From NCBI GenBank assembly GCA_963705835.1, contig CAVPLC010000069.1, positions 69,449-133,448 on the forward strand: a stretch of DNA of 64,000 nt, written 5' to 3'. The notes below the pieces were generated by a model. It was not told the origin of the DNA, ran no database searches, and was given only the letters and a program-made list of their open reading frames with translations. This document shows positions 9,021 to 20,422 of this stretch, in pieces. Source of the stretch: an uncultured Actinomycetes bacterium. Lineage in GTDB: Bacteria; Actinomycetota; Actinomycetes; Streptosporangiales; Streptosporangiaceae. How positions within the stretch are numbered: the stretch's first letter is position 1; each line of letters begins with the position of its first letter. Position numbers and translations under genes: made by a program.

Positions 9021-10415
9021 ATGCTCATGACGGAAATCGCAGGCTGGCCGCACTGGCGGATTCATTTCGGCCGGGCCGGGGAGACCGATGCCCGGGCGCG
9101 CGCGGCCATCACAGATCAGATCGTCCAGGCCGAAGTCACGGACCTGATCGTGATGGGTCACGGCTGGAACAACGACGAGATCCGCGCCGGCCGACTGTAC
9201 GAGCAATGGCTCGGCATGCTGCCGCCCCTGCTGCCTGCCCAATCCACGGCGCGGGTGGGAACGGTCGGCGTATTCTGGCCCGCGGCGCTCTGGCCGGATG
9301 AATTGCCACCCGCCGAAGAAGACGCGGAGGGCGGCGCGGCGGCGGTCCCGGAGACGGCCGGGTCGGCCGTCAAGGCGCTGGCCGTCGTATATCAGGATCC
9401 GGAACAGCGGCAGATCCTTGATCAGCTGGCCCGCCTGATCGAGGATCAGCCGACCGACCCGGAGGCGCTCAACCGGTTTCACGACCTCATGGGCCAGCTG
9501 GGCCGCACCGAGCCCCAGGTCATCAGCCCGGAAGACTCCGGCCCGCTGGCCATGCTGGACGAGGATCCTCTCGTCCTTGCGGCACGCTTTGCGGACACCC
9601 TTGATGCGGCCGCGCGGGCCGACGGCGACGTGGTCCCGTATGGCGGGGCAGAAGGGGCGTTTGATGAGGGAGGTGCCGCGGTCCTTCCCGATTTCTACCT
9701 GCCCGACGACGGCGAGGATGTCGCCGCGGCGGGTTTCGGGACGCTTACCCGGCGGCTGTGGAACGGAGCGAGGGAAGCGCTCAGGCAGTTCACGTACTGG
9801 CAGATGAAGCAGCGGGCCGGGGTGGTGGGCCAGCAGGGCCTGGGCCCGTTCCTCGCCGATCTCGGCCACCGCGCGCCGGAGCTGAGACTGCACCTGGTGG
9901 GCCACAGCTTCGGAGCGCGCCTCGTATCGTTCTCCCTGATCGCGCTGCGCGCCGACGAGCCCTCGCCGGTGCGGTCGCTCACGCTGCTCGAGGGCGCCTT
10001 CTCGCACTTCGCGTTCGCGCCGCGCCTGCCGCAGGACCCCGCGCGGTCAGGTGCCCTCCACGGCATGATGGCACGGGTCAACGGGCCGCTGCTCGCGTGC
10101 TACTCGTCACACGACACGGCGGTGGGACTCTTCTACCCGGCCGCCTCGATGACGGCCCGCGACGACGCGGCGGGGCTTACCGATGAGCGGATGTTCCGCT
10201 GGGGGGCGATAGGCCACGACGGAGCGCAGGCCGTGGACGCCCCGACCGTCACGCTGCAGCCGGCCAGAACCCGGTACCAGCTCGCCGGCTCCCGGTTCAC
10301 CAACATCGATTCCAGCGCCGTGGTCTGCCGCGGGAAGCCGCCCTCGGGCGCGCATAGCGATATCGTCCACCGCGAACTGGCCTGGGCCATGCTGTCCGCC
10401 GCCGGGCTCGGCTGA
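9021..10415 (+). CDS. large alpha/beta-fold serine hydrolase (esterase/lipase-like), subfamily not recognised
   Basis: 464 aa. Has VMGHGWNN near the N-terminus, the nucleophile elbow HLVGHSFGA, then SSHDTAV and GAHSDI as candidate Asp and His. A roughly 200-aa acidic insertion lies between them. Starts 6 nt after the S8 stop. Confidence 0.7.
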   Translation: MLMTEIAGWPHWRIHFGRAGETDARARAAITDQIVQAEVTDLIVMGHGWNNDEIRAGRLYEQWLGMLPPLLPAQSTARVGTVGVFWPAALWPDELPPAEEDAEGGAAAVPETAGSAVKALAVVYQDPEQRQILDQLARLIEDQPTDPEALNRFHDLMGQLGRTEPQVISPEDSGPLAMLDEDPLVLAARFADTLDAAARADGDVVPYGGAEGAFDEGGAAVLPDFYLPDDGEDVAAAGFGTLTRRLWNGAREALRQFTYWQMKQRAGVVGQQGLGPFLADLGHRAPELRLHLVGHSFGARLVSFSLIALRADEPSPVRSLTLLEGAFSHFAFAPRLPQDPARSGALHGMMARVNGPLLACYSSHDTAVGLFYPAASMTARDDAAGLTDERMFRWGAIGHDGAQAVDAPTVTLQPARTRYQLAGSRFTNIDSSAVVCRGKPPSGAHSDIVHRELAWAMLSAAGLG

Positions 10416-10424
10416 ACCCGTACG

Positions 10425-11078
10425 TCACTGATCCGGGTGGGGCTCGTGGGCGAGCCTGTGCTGCAGCGCCGCGGTTCGGAACTGGTAAACCGGGCCGTCC
10501 TGCCGGAGCACCCCGCGCCGGTGAGCGTCATCGAGGAAGGACAGGCAGTTCCAGGGGATGCAACGACGCAAGGCCAGCCAGGCGCGGGTCACGTGCGCGT
10601 GGGTGGCGAGCGGGGGCCGCGTGGACAGCAGTAGTCCGCGAAAGATGACCCGGAAGGTCCAATCCGCAAGACTGTAGCCCACGAACAGCAGCATCTTGTT
10701 CGTGAGCGAGCTCTGGATTATCGGTGGGAGCAGTGCCGAGTCCCCGCTTATCCGCACCAGGAAGTCGATGTAATCATCCTCGGTCAGGACAAGCGACTCG
10801 GGTACGCTGCGGTGACCGTGCAAATGGTAGACAATAGGCCGCGTGCTATCTGGGTTGAAACCTTTTTTCTCGCTAAACAGTGCGTTCGCCTGCCGCACTT
10901 CTTTCCGGTTTGTCGTATACCAGGGACATATGGCTCGCTGCGGCGCACGTCGCACGATCCGCCAATGCCTCATACATGAAGTCGTCATAGCACCGGCTCC
11001 CATGAAGGGCGTGCAGGCCCCCTTATCAATCAGGTATACGGTTCTATTCCACGCCTTGTCGTCGAAAGCTCTGATCAC
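10425..11078 (-). CDS. SIR2-like (SIR2_2 type) domain protein, possibly disrupted
   Basis: Has ACTPFMGAGA (GAG motif), PIVYHLHGH, SLVLTEDDYIDFL and LLFVGYSLADWTFRVIF. Residues 30-70 are W/C/R-rich and an alternative frame reads YDDFMYEALADR, so internal frame errors are possible. GC is about 45-60%. Its stop lies 9 nt from the convergent hydrolase stop. Confidence 0.6.
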   Translation of the reverse strand: MIRAFDDKAWNRTVYLIDKGACTPFMGAGAMTTSCMRHWRIVRRAPQRAICPWYTTNRKEVRQANALFSEKKGFNPDSTRPIVYHLHGHRSVPESLVLTEDDYIDFLVRISGDSALLPPIIQSSLTNKMLLFVGYSLADWTFRVIFRGLLLSTRPPLATHAHVTRAWLALRRCIPWNCLSFLDDAHRRGVLRQDGPVYQFRTAALQHRLAHEPHPDQ

Positions 11079-11272
11079 CAGATCACCCCAGGGCTGCGCC
11101 AGGGCAGTGCATGAAAGGCCCGCCCGATCTCATCCTAGCCATGCAGGATAGCGAGTCCGGCTGTTATTACCGGCCCACCGCCCAGTTAAAGTTAGGAGGG
11201 TACGGAACTCGCGATCTGGGTCGCGGAGCCCTACGCAAACACCGAACACGCCACAGCGAGGACGGCAGCCCG

Positions 11273-12907
11273 ATGATCCGCAGCACCATGCAGGACCGCC
11301 CGCTCACCATCGGCGCCATCATGCGGCACGGCGCCCGGGTGTACGGCGGCAGCGAATGCGTCACCTGGACCGGCGCGGGCGCCCGCCGGACCCCGTACGC
11401 GGAGGTGGCCAGGAACGCCGGGCGGCTGGCCGGGGCGCTGGCCCGGCTGGGCATCGGGCCGGGCGACCCGGTGGCGACGTTCTGCTGGAACAACACCGAG
11501 CACCTGGAGGCCTACTTCGGGGTGCCCGCGATGGGCGCGGTGCTGCACACGCTGAACATCCGGCTGCCGGGCGCCCAGGTGGCCCACATCGCCGGGCACG
11601 CCGGGGACCGGATCATCATCGTGGACGACACCCTGGTCCCGCTGATCGCGCGGATCGCCGACCAGCTGCCCACGGTCGAGGCGTTCATCGTCAACGGCTC
11701 CGGTGACGCGTCGGCGCTCGGCGACCGGGTTCCGGTGTACCGGTACCACGACCTGGTGGCCGCCGAGAGCCCGGACTTCGGCTGGCCGGAGGTTGACGAG
11801 CGGGACGCGGCGCTGATGTGCTACACCAGCGGCACCACCGGGGACCCCAAGGGCGTGGTGTACTCGCACCGCTCCACCTACCTGCACGCGACGGCGGTCA
11901 TGGCCGCGGGCGTCAAGGGCATCACCGAGGCGGACCGGGCGCTGGCCATCGTGCCGATGTTCCACGCCAACGCCTGGGGGCTGCCGTACGCGGCGTTCCT
12001 GTCCGGGGCCACGCTGCACATGCCCGGCCCGTTCCTGCAGCCCGAGCACCTGACCGCGTTCATCGCCGCGGAACGGTCCACGGTCACCTCGGGCGTGCCG
12101 ACCATCTGGAACTCGATCCTGGACTACGGCCAGGACCACGAGATCGACCTGTCCTCGCTGCGGCTGGGCACCTCCGGCGGCGCCGCGGCGCCCCGGGTCA
12201 TGCTGGAGCGGTTCGCCGACCGGTACGGGCTGCGGATCATCCAGGGCTGGGGCATGACCGAGATGAGCCCGGTGGGCGGGATCGCGCTGCCGCCCGCGGG
12301 GGTCGCCGAGGGCACCCCGGAGGACCTGGACTGGCGGATGCGCTCGGGCCGGGTCATCGCCGGGGTCGAGATGCGCGTGGTCGGCAGGAACGGCGAGGAA
12401 CTGCCCTGGGACGGCGTGAGCGAGGGCGAGATCGAGGTCCGCGGCCCGTGGATCACCGGGTCGTACCACAAGGACCCGGCGCCGGACAAGTTCCATGACG
12501 GCTGGCTGCGGACCGGCGACGTCGGCACCATCGACGACCGCGGCTTCTTCCTGATCACCGACCGGATCAAGGACGTGATCAAGTCGGGCGGGGAGTGGAT
12601 CTCCTCGGTGGAGCTGGAAAACCAGCTGATGGCGCACCCGGCCGTGCAGGAGGCCGCGGTGATCGGCATGCCCGACAGCCGCTGGGGCGAGCGGCCGCTG
12701 GCCACCGTGGTGCTGCGGCCCGGGGCCAGCGCCAAGCCGGCCGAGCTGGCCGACTTCCTCGAGGGCCGGGTGGCCCGCTGGCAGGTCCCTGAGAACTGGA
12801 CGTTCGTGGCCGAGATCCCGAAGACCGCCGTGGGCAAGTTCGACAAGAAGGTGCTCCGCGCCCGCCTGGCCGACGGCGAGCTCGAGGTCGAGCACCTCGA
12901 CGGCTAG
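11273..12907 (+). CDS. AMP-dependent acyl-CoA synthetase (long/medium-chain fatty-acid--CoA ligase type)
   Basis: Has YTSGTTGDPKGV (AMP-binding motif I), GWGMTE, GWLRTGDVG and a C-terminal PKTAVGKFDKK. The ATG at 11273 was chosen over the upstream in-frame extension. Confidence 0.85.
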   Translation: MIRSTMQDRPLTIGAIMRHGARVYGGSECVTWTGAGARRTPYAEVARNAGRLAGALARLGIGPGDPVATFCWNNTEHLEAYFGVPAMGAVLHTLNIRLPGAQVAHIAGHAGDRIIIVDDTLVPLIARIADQLPTVEAFIVNGSGDASALGDRVPVYRYHDLVAAESPDFGWPEVDERDAALMCYTSGTTGDPKGVVYSHRSTYLHATAVMAAGVKGITEADRALAIVPMFHANAWGLPYAAFLSGATLHMPGPFLQPEHLTAFIAAERSTVTSGVPTIWNSILDYGQDHEIDLSSLRLGTSGGAAAPRVMLERFADRYGLRIIQGWGMTEMSPVGGIALPPAGVAEGTPEDLDWRMRSGRVIAGVEMRVVGRNGEELPWDGVSEGEIEVRGPWITGSYHKDPAPDKFHDGWLRTGDVGTIDDRGFFLITDRIKDVIKSGGEWISSVELENQLMAHPAVQEAAVIGMPDSRWGERPLATVVLRPGASAKPAELADFLEGRVARWQVPENWTFVAEIPKTAVGKFDKKVLRARLADGELEVEHLDG

Positions 12908-12946
12908 CCGACCCGGAGTAGGGTTTGGCTCAGTGGGGGTGGGCGC

Positions 12947-15900
12947 GTGACTGGGTTGGTGGTTTTTGTCGGCCGGGAGCGGGAATTGTCGCGCCTGGGT
13001 GCGGCGCTGGGCGGTGATCAGCGGCTGCTGCTGGTGATGGGGGACGCCGGGGTCGGCAAGACCCGGCTGGTGGCGGAGGGGCTGCGGCGCGCAGCGGCCG
13101 GCGGGCTGATCGTGGCGGCGGGGGGCTGCCTGCCCCTGGCCGAGAAGCTGCCGCTGCTGCCGGTCGCTGACGCGCTGGCCGAGCTGGGCCGACTGGAACA
13201 AGGGCGGATGCTGGAAGCGGCGCTGGGCATGACGCCGCCCTACGTGCGGGCCGAGATGGCGCGGCTGCTGCCACAGCTGGGATCCGCCGAGCAGGCGTCC
13301 GGGGAGCGGGCCGAGGAGTGGCGTCAGGAGCGGTTGTTCACCGCGATAGCCGAGCTGCTGGAGGCCGCCGCGGCCCGGACCGGGCTCGGCCTGGTGGTCG
13401 AGGACGTGCACTGGGCCGACACCGCGACGCTGGACTTCCTGACCTTCCTGGTGCGGGCGGGGCACGGGAGAGCGGTGACGGTGGTGGTCACCTGCCGCAG
13501 CGACGAGGCGCCGCTCGAGCCGCGGGTGAGCGGCTGGCTGGGGTACGCGCGGGCCAACGCGGCCGTGGAGGAGATCAGGCTGGGCCCGCTGTCCGCGCAG
13601 GAAACGGCCGAACAGGTCGCCGGCCTGGTGGGCGGCCCGCCGGCTGCGCATCTGGCCGGTGAGGTGTTCGCCCGCGGGGAGGGCAACCCGTTCTTCACCG
13701 AGCAGCTGGTGGCGGCCACGCTGGCCGAGCACCCGGCGGGCGTCCGGGACCGGGCCCGCGGGTTGCCGGCCCGGCTGGGCGAGCTGCTTGCGGCACGGAC
13801 CGCCGGCTGCGCCGGGCAGGCGCAGGCGGTGCTGGCGGCGCTGGCGGTGGCGGGCCGCCCGCTGACCGAGGATGTGCTGACCGTGATCACCGGGCTCGCT
13901 CCGGAAGCGACCCGGCAGGGGCTGCGTGAGCTGGCCGCGGCCCGGCTCCTCGGCGAGGGCAGGGCCGGCGGGACCTACCGTGCCCGACACGCCCTGCTCG
14001 CCGAGGCGGTCGCGGACGGCCTGCTCCCCGGCGAGCTCAAGGTCCTGCACGAGAGGTGCGCGGAGGCGCTGCAAGCCTCGGAGGACGAGACGCTGGCCGC
14101 CGAGGTGGCCGGGCACTGGGCCGCCGCCGGCCGTCCGGAACGGGAGCTGCCGGCCAGGCTCGCCGCGGCCCACGCGGCCGAGCGGGTCTTCGGCTACGCC
14201 GAGGCCGCGGCGCACTGGCGGCGGACCATCGAACTGTGCCAGCGCATGCCCCCCGGCGCCGAGACGGCGGGGTTGAGCCTGCCCCGGCTCTACATGCGAG
14301 CCATCGACGCGCTGGAGGTGTCGGGTGAGGTTCAGCAGGCGCGGGCGTTCGCCGAGGACGCCTACCGGCGGTTCGCCGGCGACCCGGACCGTACCACCGC
14401 GGCCGTCATCCTCCTGCGTGCGGGGCATTTCCGAGGGCTCCAGACACGTTTCTTCGGTGACCGCGATGTGCCCAACACCGGTCTCCCGCTGATCGAGGAG
14501 GCCCTGCGGCTGTTCGAGGCCGGGCCCCCGTCCGCAGAGCAGGCTCAGGCCTGGCTGGATTACGGCCGGTTCCAGCCGACCACCCAGGAGGGCGGTAAGG
14601 CCCGCGACCGCGCCATGGCCAAGGCGCTGGAGGTCGCGGAGGCAGTCGGCGCCACCGCCCTGGTCGCCCAGCTTCTCTCGTTCCGGGCCTACCAGGCGTT
14701 CACGGACGGGAAGATCGCGGAGGGGTTCGCGCTCGTCGACCGGGGACTCGACCTGGCCGAAGCGGCCGGGGACGCCGAGGCCAGCCTCTGGGTGGCGGTG
14801 GAGAAGGCCTACGCCCTGGCGTCGACCGGCCAGAACGCCGCCGCCGTCGAGGTGGCGCTGAGCGCGCTTGCTACGGCCCGCGACACCGGCCGGCAATCCG
14901 GCCTGCACGCCGCGATGCTGGTGGCCAACGCGGCCAGCGCCCTGCTCGCCACCGGGCGCACCGCCGAAGCGGGCGCCCTGGTCGACCCGGTGACGGGAGG
15001 CGCCCCGGACCGCGACCACTGGATCATGCACCTGAGCCGCGGTGAGATCGACACGGTACGCGGCGACATCGCGGCGGCGACCGGCCGGCGTATCCGGCTC
15101 AGCGAGGTGACCGGCGAGCTGGGAAGCGGCGACTGGGGACGCGCGGCCGCGTTGTGGGCCGCGGAACTGGCGCTGTGGGACGGCGCTGGCCGACGCGCTG
15201 GAAGAGGTCCGCCATGTCCTGCTACCCATCGACACGCACGAGCGGGCCATCGTGTGCTCGCCGCTGCTGACGGCGGGCATGCGCGCCTGCGCCGACCTCG
15301 CCGAGCGGGCTCGCGCCCGGCGCGACGACGACGCAGCGGCCCGGGCCAGCGCGGCGGAGCTGGCTTCGTGGGCGGATCGGATGAGCGGCGCCCCCTTCCG
15401 CGACCACGCCTTCGCGGCGGACATCTCCGCTCAGCGTGCGACATGGCATGCCGAGCGCACCCGGCTGGACGGGGCCGGCGATCCAGCCGCCTGGGAAGCG
15501 GCGGCCAGGGCCTGGGAGGAGCTGGGCAACCCGCACCGCGCCGGGTACGCCTGGTGGCGCCGCGCCGAGGCGTTGCTGGCGGCAGGGCGTTCGGCGGCCG
15601 CGGCCGCCGCGCTGCAAGCCGCCGCCGCGGCGGCGCAGACGCACGCGCCGCTGCTCGCGCAGGTCCGCAAGCTCGCCGAACGGGCGCACATCCCGATCCA
15701 GGCGCCACCGGTACCGGTCCCCGCCGCCGGGTCACCCGCCGCGGCCCCGCGGTACGTGCTGACGAGCCGGGAGGCGGCGGTGCTGCGGCTGCTGGCGGCC
15801 GGGCGTACCAACGCCCAGATCGGGGCCGAGCTTTATATGAGCCCGAAGACCGCCAGCGTGCACGTGACCAGCATCTTGCGCAAGCTCGGCGTCACCAGCC

Positions 15901-15959
15901 GGGTGCAGGCCGCCGCCGTGGCCGAACGGGCCGGGCTGCTGCACGAAGAGCTCGACTAA
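12947..15959 (+). CDS. large ATP-binding LuxR-family regulator (LAL type)
   Basis: N-terminal P-loop GDAGVGKT. C-terminal LuxR HTH LTSREAAVLRLLAAGRTNAQIGAELYMSPKTASVHVTSILRKLGV. The two parts are in different frames and join at about 15180 (ELALWDG / LADALEEVRHVL). Length is 1 mod 3. Confidence 0.8.
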
Positions 15960-16079
15960 GGCCTGACTCGCGAAAACTAAGGACTCATGCGGCGCGGTCG
16001 CCCGATCCTTCGGCGCGTGCCTTAGCGACATGCTCGGGACTAAGCCACAGCGCTGACATCCCGAGAAAGGACCAGTGCC

Positions 16080-16274
16080 ATGTCCCAGCCCATCCGCACC
16101 CTCGCCCGCATCCTGCTCGTCCCGGCCGCGCTCGCCGCTATGGCCTTCGCCGGCCAGTCGGCCGCATCCGCGAGCACCCTCGGCCACTACCGGGCGCAGC
16201 CCAGCGCCGTCGCGGCGGCCAGCCCCGCGGTGCACTTCGTCGCGCAGCGCAAGCATCACTTCCGCTGGGCGTAG
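16080..16274 (+). CDS. small putative secreted peptide
   Basis: 64-aa ORF with a signal-peptide-like N-terminus (RILLVPAALAAMAFAGQSAASA) and AAAGGA 9 nt upstream. Overlaps the uncertain 3' tail of the convergent dioxygenase ORF. Confidence 0.3.
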   Translation: MSQPIRTLARILLVPAALAAMAFAGQSAASASTLGHYRAQPSAVAAASPAVHFVAQRKHHFRWA

Positions 16275-17280
16275 CAGGTAACTGGGTGAAGCCGTCCGCG
16301 CCGACCTTGACCTCGGCGGGCTGCTGCTCGGCGATCAGCGGGCGCGGGCGGCCGTCCAGGTCGAGGACGGCGGAGGCCTCGGTGTACCACGACGGGATCA
16401 CGGCGTGCCCCCAGAAATCGCGGCGCCTGGGGTCGTGCACCGACCAGCGCAGGACGGGATGGTCGGGGTCGCCGGTGTAGTAGTCGCTGGTGTAGATCTC
16501 CACCCGGTGCCCGTCCGGGTCCCGCAGGTACACGTAGAAGGCGTTGGACACGCCGTGCCGCCCCGGGCCGCGTTCGATCCGGGACTCCTCGTGCAGCGAG
16601 CCGAGGATGTCGCAGATCCGCAGGACCTGATGCGATTCGTGGGCGAAGAAGCCCAGGTGGTGCAGGCGCGGGCCGTCGCCGCCGGTGAACGCGACGTCGT
16701 GCACGGTCTGCTTGCGGAACATCCAGGCCGCGTACAGGGTGTCGCCGTCCTCGATGGTCTCGGCCAGCCCGAAGCCGAGCGACCGGTAGTACTCGTAGGC
16801 GGCGCGGACGTCGGGCACCACGATGTTGAAGTGGTCCAGCCGGGCGATTTCGGCGCCGCGCCGCAGGTCATAGCGTTGCTGCAGGCGCTGCGGGTGGTCG
16901 GCGGCGAAGAAGAACTCGACCGTGAAGCCGAGCGGGTCCTCGGCCCGGACCGCCTCCCCCACGCCGGGTGTGACGCCCGCGGCGACCCGCTCGGTCCGCG
17001 AGCCGAGCGCGGCGTAGAACGCCTCGGCCAGGTCCAGGTCGGCCGGGGTGCGCACCCGGAACGCGAGCCGGCCCGCCGCGGGTTCCGGGCCCTCGCGCAG
17101 GATCAGGTTGTGGTGGGTGAGCTCGTCGTACCCGCGCAGGTAGAGCAGGCCGGCGTCATCGCGGGTGATCACGAAGCCGAGCAGGTCGACCCAGAACCAC
17201 CTGGCCCGCCGAAGGTCGGTGACGACCAGCTCGGCGTAGGCGGCCCGCACGATGTCGGGCCGGGTATGGGCACTGCTCAT
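16138..17280 (-). CDS. hpaD: extradiol dioxygenase, 3,4-dihydroxyphenylacetate (homoprotocatechuate) 2,3-dioxygenase type
   Basis: Two-module VOC fold with AYAELVVTDL, LTHHNLIL, ARLDHFNIV, HDVAFTGG, PRLHHLGF and GHRVEIYT. The ATG at 17280 lies 2 nt after the upstream stop, with GGAGCG as SD. The last 40 or so residues are Arg/Pro-rich, so the true stop is uncertain. Confidence 0.8.
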   Translation of the reverse strand: MSSAHTRPDIVRAAYAELVVTDLRRARWFWVDLLGFVITRDDAGLLYLRGYDELTHHNLILREGPEPAAGRLAFRVRTPADLDLAEAFYAALGSRTERVAAGVTPGVGEAVRAEDPLGFTVEFFFAADHPQRLQQRYDLRRGAEIARLDHFNIVVPDVRAAYEYYRSLGFGLAETIEDGDTLYAAWMFRKQTVHDVAFTGGDGPRLHHLGFFAHESHQVLRICDILGSLHEESRIERGPGRHGVSNAFYVYLRDPDGHRVEIYTSDYYTGDPDHPVLRWSVHDPRRRDFWGHAVIPSWYTEASAVLDLDGRPRPLIAEQQPAEVKVGADGFTQLPATPSGSDACAARRSAPRGWPPRRRWAAPGSGRGCSRMRPTGRRRP

Positions 17281-17282
17281 GA

Positions 17283-18767
17283 TCACGCTCCGAACCGGGG
17301 GACTCCGGTGTCCCCCAGCGGGATGTGGACGATACGCGATTCAGTGTAAAAGTCCAGGCTGTGCGCGCCTCCCTCGCGTCCGAGGCCGCTGGCCTTGACG
17401 CCGCCGAACGGGGTCCGCAGGTCACGCACGTTGTGCGAGTTGATCCAGGTCATCCCGGCCTCGACCGCGTGCGCCACCCGGTGCGCGCGGGCCAGGTCGC
17501 CGGTCCAGATGTAGGCGGCCAGCCCGTAGGGCGTGGCGTTGGCCAGCTCGATCGCCTCGGCCTCGCCGTCGAACGGGGTGACGCAGACCACCGGGCCGAA
17601 GATCTCCTCGCGGAAGATCCGCATCGACGGCTGGACGTCGGCGAACACCGTGGCGGCCAGGTAGTTGCCCTCGGCCAGCCCGGGCGGCCGCGACCCTCCG
17701 GCCACCAGGCGCGCGCCCTCGGCCCGGCCGGTCCGCACGTAGGACAGCACCCGCGCGTAGTGCTCTGGGTGCACCAGCGCGCCGATCTCGGTGGCCGGGT
17801 CCGACGGCTCGCCGACCCGGATGCGCTCGGCCCTGGCGGCCAGCCGGGTGACCAGATCGGGGTATATGGACCGTTCGGCCAAAATCCGGGAGCCGGCCGT
17901 GCACCGTTCGCCGTTGAGGGAGAACACCCCGAACAGGGCGCTGTCGGTCGCCCGGTCCAGGTCGGCGTCGGCGAAGACCAGGCACGGCGACTTGCCGCCC
18001 AGCTCCATGGACAGGCCCTTCAGGTGCGGCGCGGCGGCCGCCATGATGACCTGGCCGGTGGTGGTCTCGCCGGTGAACGAGATGCGGGGCACGCCCGGGT
18101 GCGCGACGAGCGCGGCGCCCGCGACCTCGCCGATGCCGTGCACCAGGTTGAACACGCCGTCGGGCAGGCCGGCCTCGGCCATGATCTCGGGCAGCAGGCT
18201 GGCCGACAGCGGGGTCCACTCGGCGGGCTTGAGCACCACCGTGCAGCCCGACGCCAGCGCGGGCGCGAGCTTCCAGGTCTCCAGCATGAACGGGGTGTTC
18301 CACGGGGAGATCAGGCCCGCCACGCCGGCCGGCTTGCGGATCACGTAGCCGAACTGGGCCGGGGTCCGGAACGCGTCCTCGTGCAGGGTGACGGCCAGGT
18401 CGGCGAAGAACCTGAAGTTCTCCGCGGCCCGCGCCGCCTGGCCGCGGGCCTGGGTGACCGGCAGGCCGGTGTCGAACGTCTCGAGCTCGGCGATCCGCGC
18501 CGCGCGCGCCTCGATGCCGTCGGCGATCCGGTTCAGCACGGCGGCCCGGGCCCGCCCGGCCAGGTGCGGCCAGGGCCCTGCGGCGAACGCGGCCCGGGCG
18601 GCGGCCGCGGCCCGGTCGATGTCCTCGGGGCCGCCGGCCGCGACGGTGGCGTACGGGCGGTTGGTCACCGGATCGGCGACCTCGAACGTGGCGCCGTCCG
18701 AGCTGGAGGTATGGGCACCGCCGATGAAGTGCTCGAGCTTGGCCGGCAGGCCGCGCGGGGTGGTCAC
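17283..18767 (-). CDS. hpaE: NAD-dependent aldehyde dehydrogenase, 5-carboxymethyl-2-hydroxymuconate semialdehyde dehydrogenase type
   Basis: Has FIGG ..., ISPWNTPF, the catalytic-Glu motif MELGGKSP and the catalytic-Cys motif NGERCTAGSR. A candidate GTG start at 18767 gives about 494 aa. The ORF is formally continuous with the upstream FAH-RraA ORF. Confidence 0.8.
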   Translation of the reverse strand: MTTPRGLPAKLEHFIGGAHTSSSDGATFEVADPVTNRPYATVAAGGPEDIDRAAAAARAAFAAGPWPHLAGRARAAVLNRIADGIEARAARIAELETFDTGLPVTQARGQAARAAENFRFFADLAVTLHEDAFRTPAQFGYVIRKPAGVAGLISPWNTPFMLETWKLAPALASGCTVVLKPAEWTPLSASLLPEIMAEAGLPDGVFNLVHGIGEVAGAALVAHPGVPRISFTGETTTGQVIMAAAAPHLKGLSMELGGKSPCLVFADADLDRATDSALFGVFSLNGERCTAGSRILAERSIYPDLVTRLAARAERIRVGEPSDPATEIGALVHPEHYARVLSYVRTGRAEGARLVAGGSRPPGLAEGNYLAATVFADVQPSMRIFREEIFGPVVCVTPFDGEAEAIELANATPYGLAAYIWTGDLARAHRVAHAVEAGMTWINSHNVRDLRTPFGGVKASGLGREGGAHSLDFYTESRIVHIPLGDTGVPRFGA

Positions 18768-20351
<1,584 letters not shown>

Positions 20352-20372
20352 CGCGCAGAATCATATATGACT
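20352..20372 (-). promoter_or_regulatory. possible -10 element (TATGAT) and near-palindrome GTCATATATGAT directly upstream of the ATG at 20351
   Basis: The minus strand reads AGTCATATATGATTCTGCGCG-ATG. TATGAT ends 8 nt before the ATG, which would give a leaderless or near-leaderless mRNA. Confidence 0.25.
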
Positions 20373-20422
20373 CGTGGTGGCCGTGACCGGACGGGGGCCG
20401 GGGACCGGGGTGGACGAGGGCC

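Noticed and set aside
4310-11100. Calling the low-GC stretch an integrated mobile element or genomic island in the strict sense
   Set aside because: I found no integrase, transposase, tRNA or tmRNA target, or flanking direct repeats. Only compositional deviation and a relic gene support foreign origin, so it is reported as an accessory region rather than as a mobile_element feature.
11231-15424. 1397-aa ORF on the minus strand spanning the acyl-CoA ligase and LAL regulator loci
   Set aside because: The translation is dominated by Arg, Pro, Gly and Ala with no motifs. It is antisense to two genes with clear family signatures. Long stop-free antisense frames are expected at this GC content.
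17861-17895. Sequence ATGGACCGTTCGGCCAAAATCC inside the ALDH gene that matches the DR-A core over 13 nt
   Set aside because: It encodes the conserved ALDH segment GSRILAERSIY in frame. It lacks the T-rich arm and the GGTTC half-site. The same GCC GAA CGG TCN (AERS) string recurs in another coding region (47941). I treat it as a coding coincidence.
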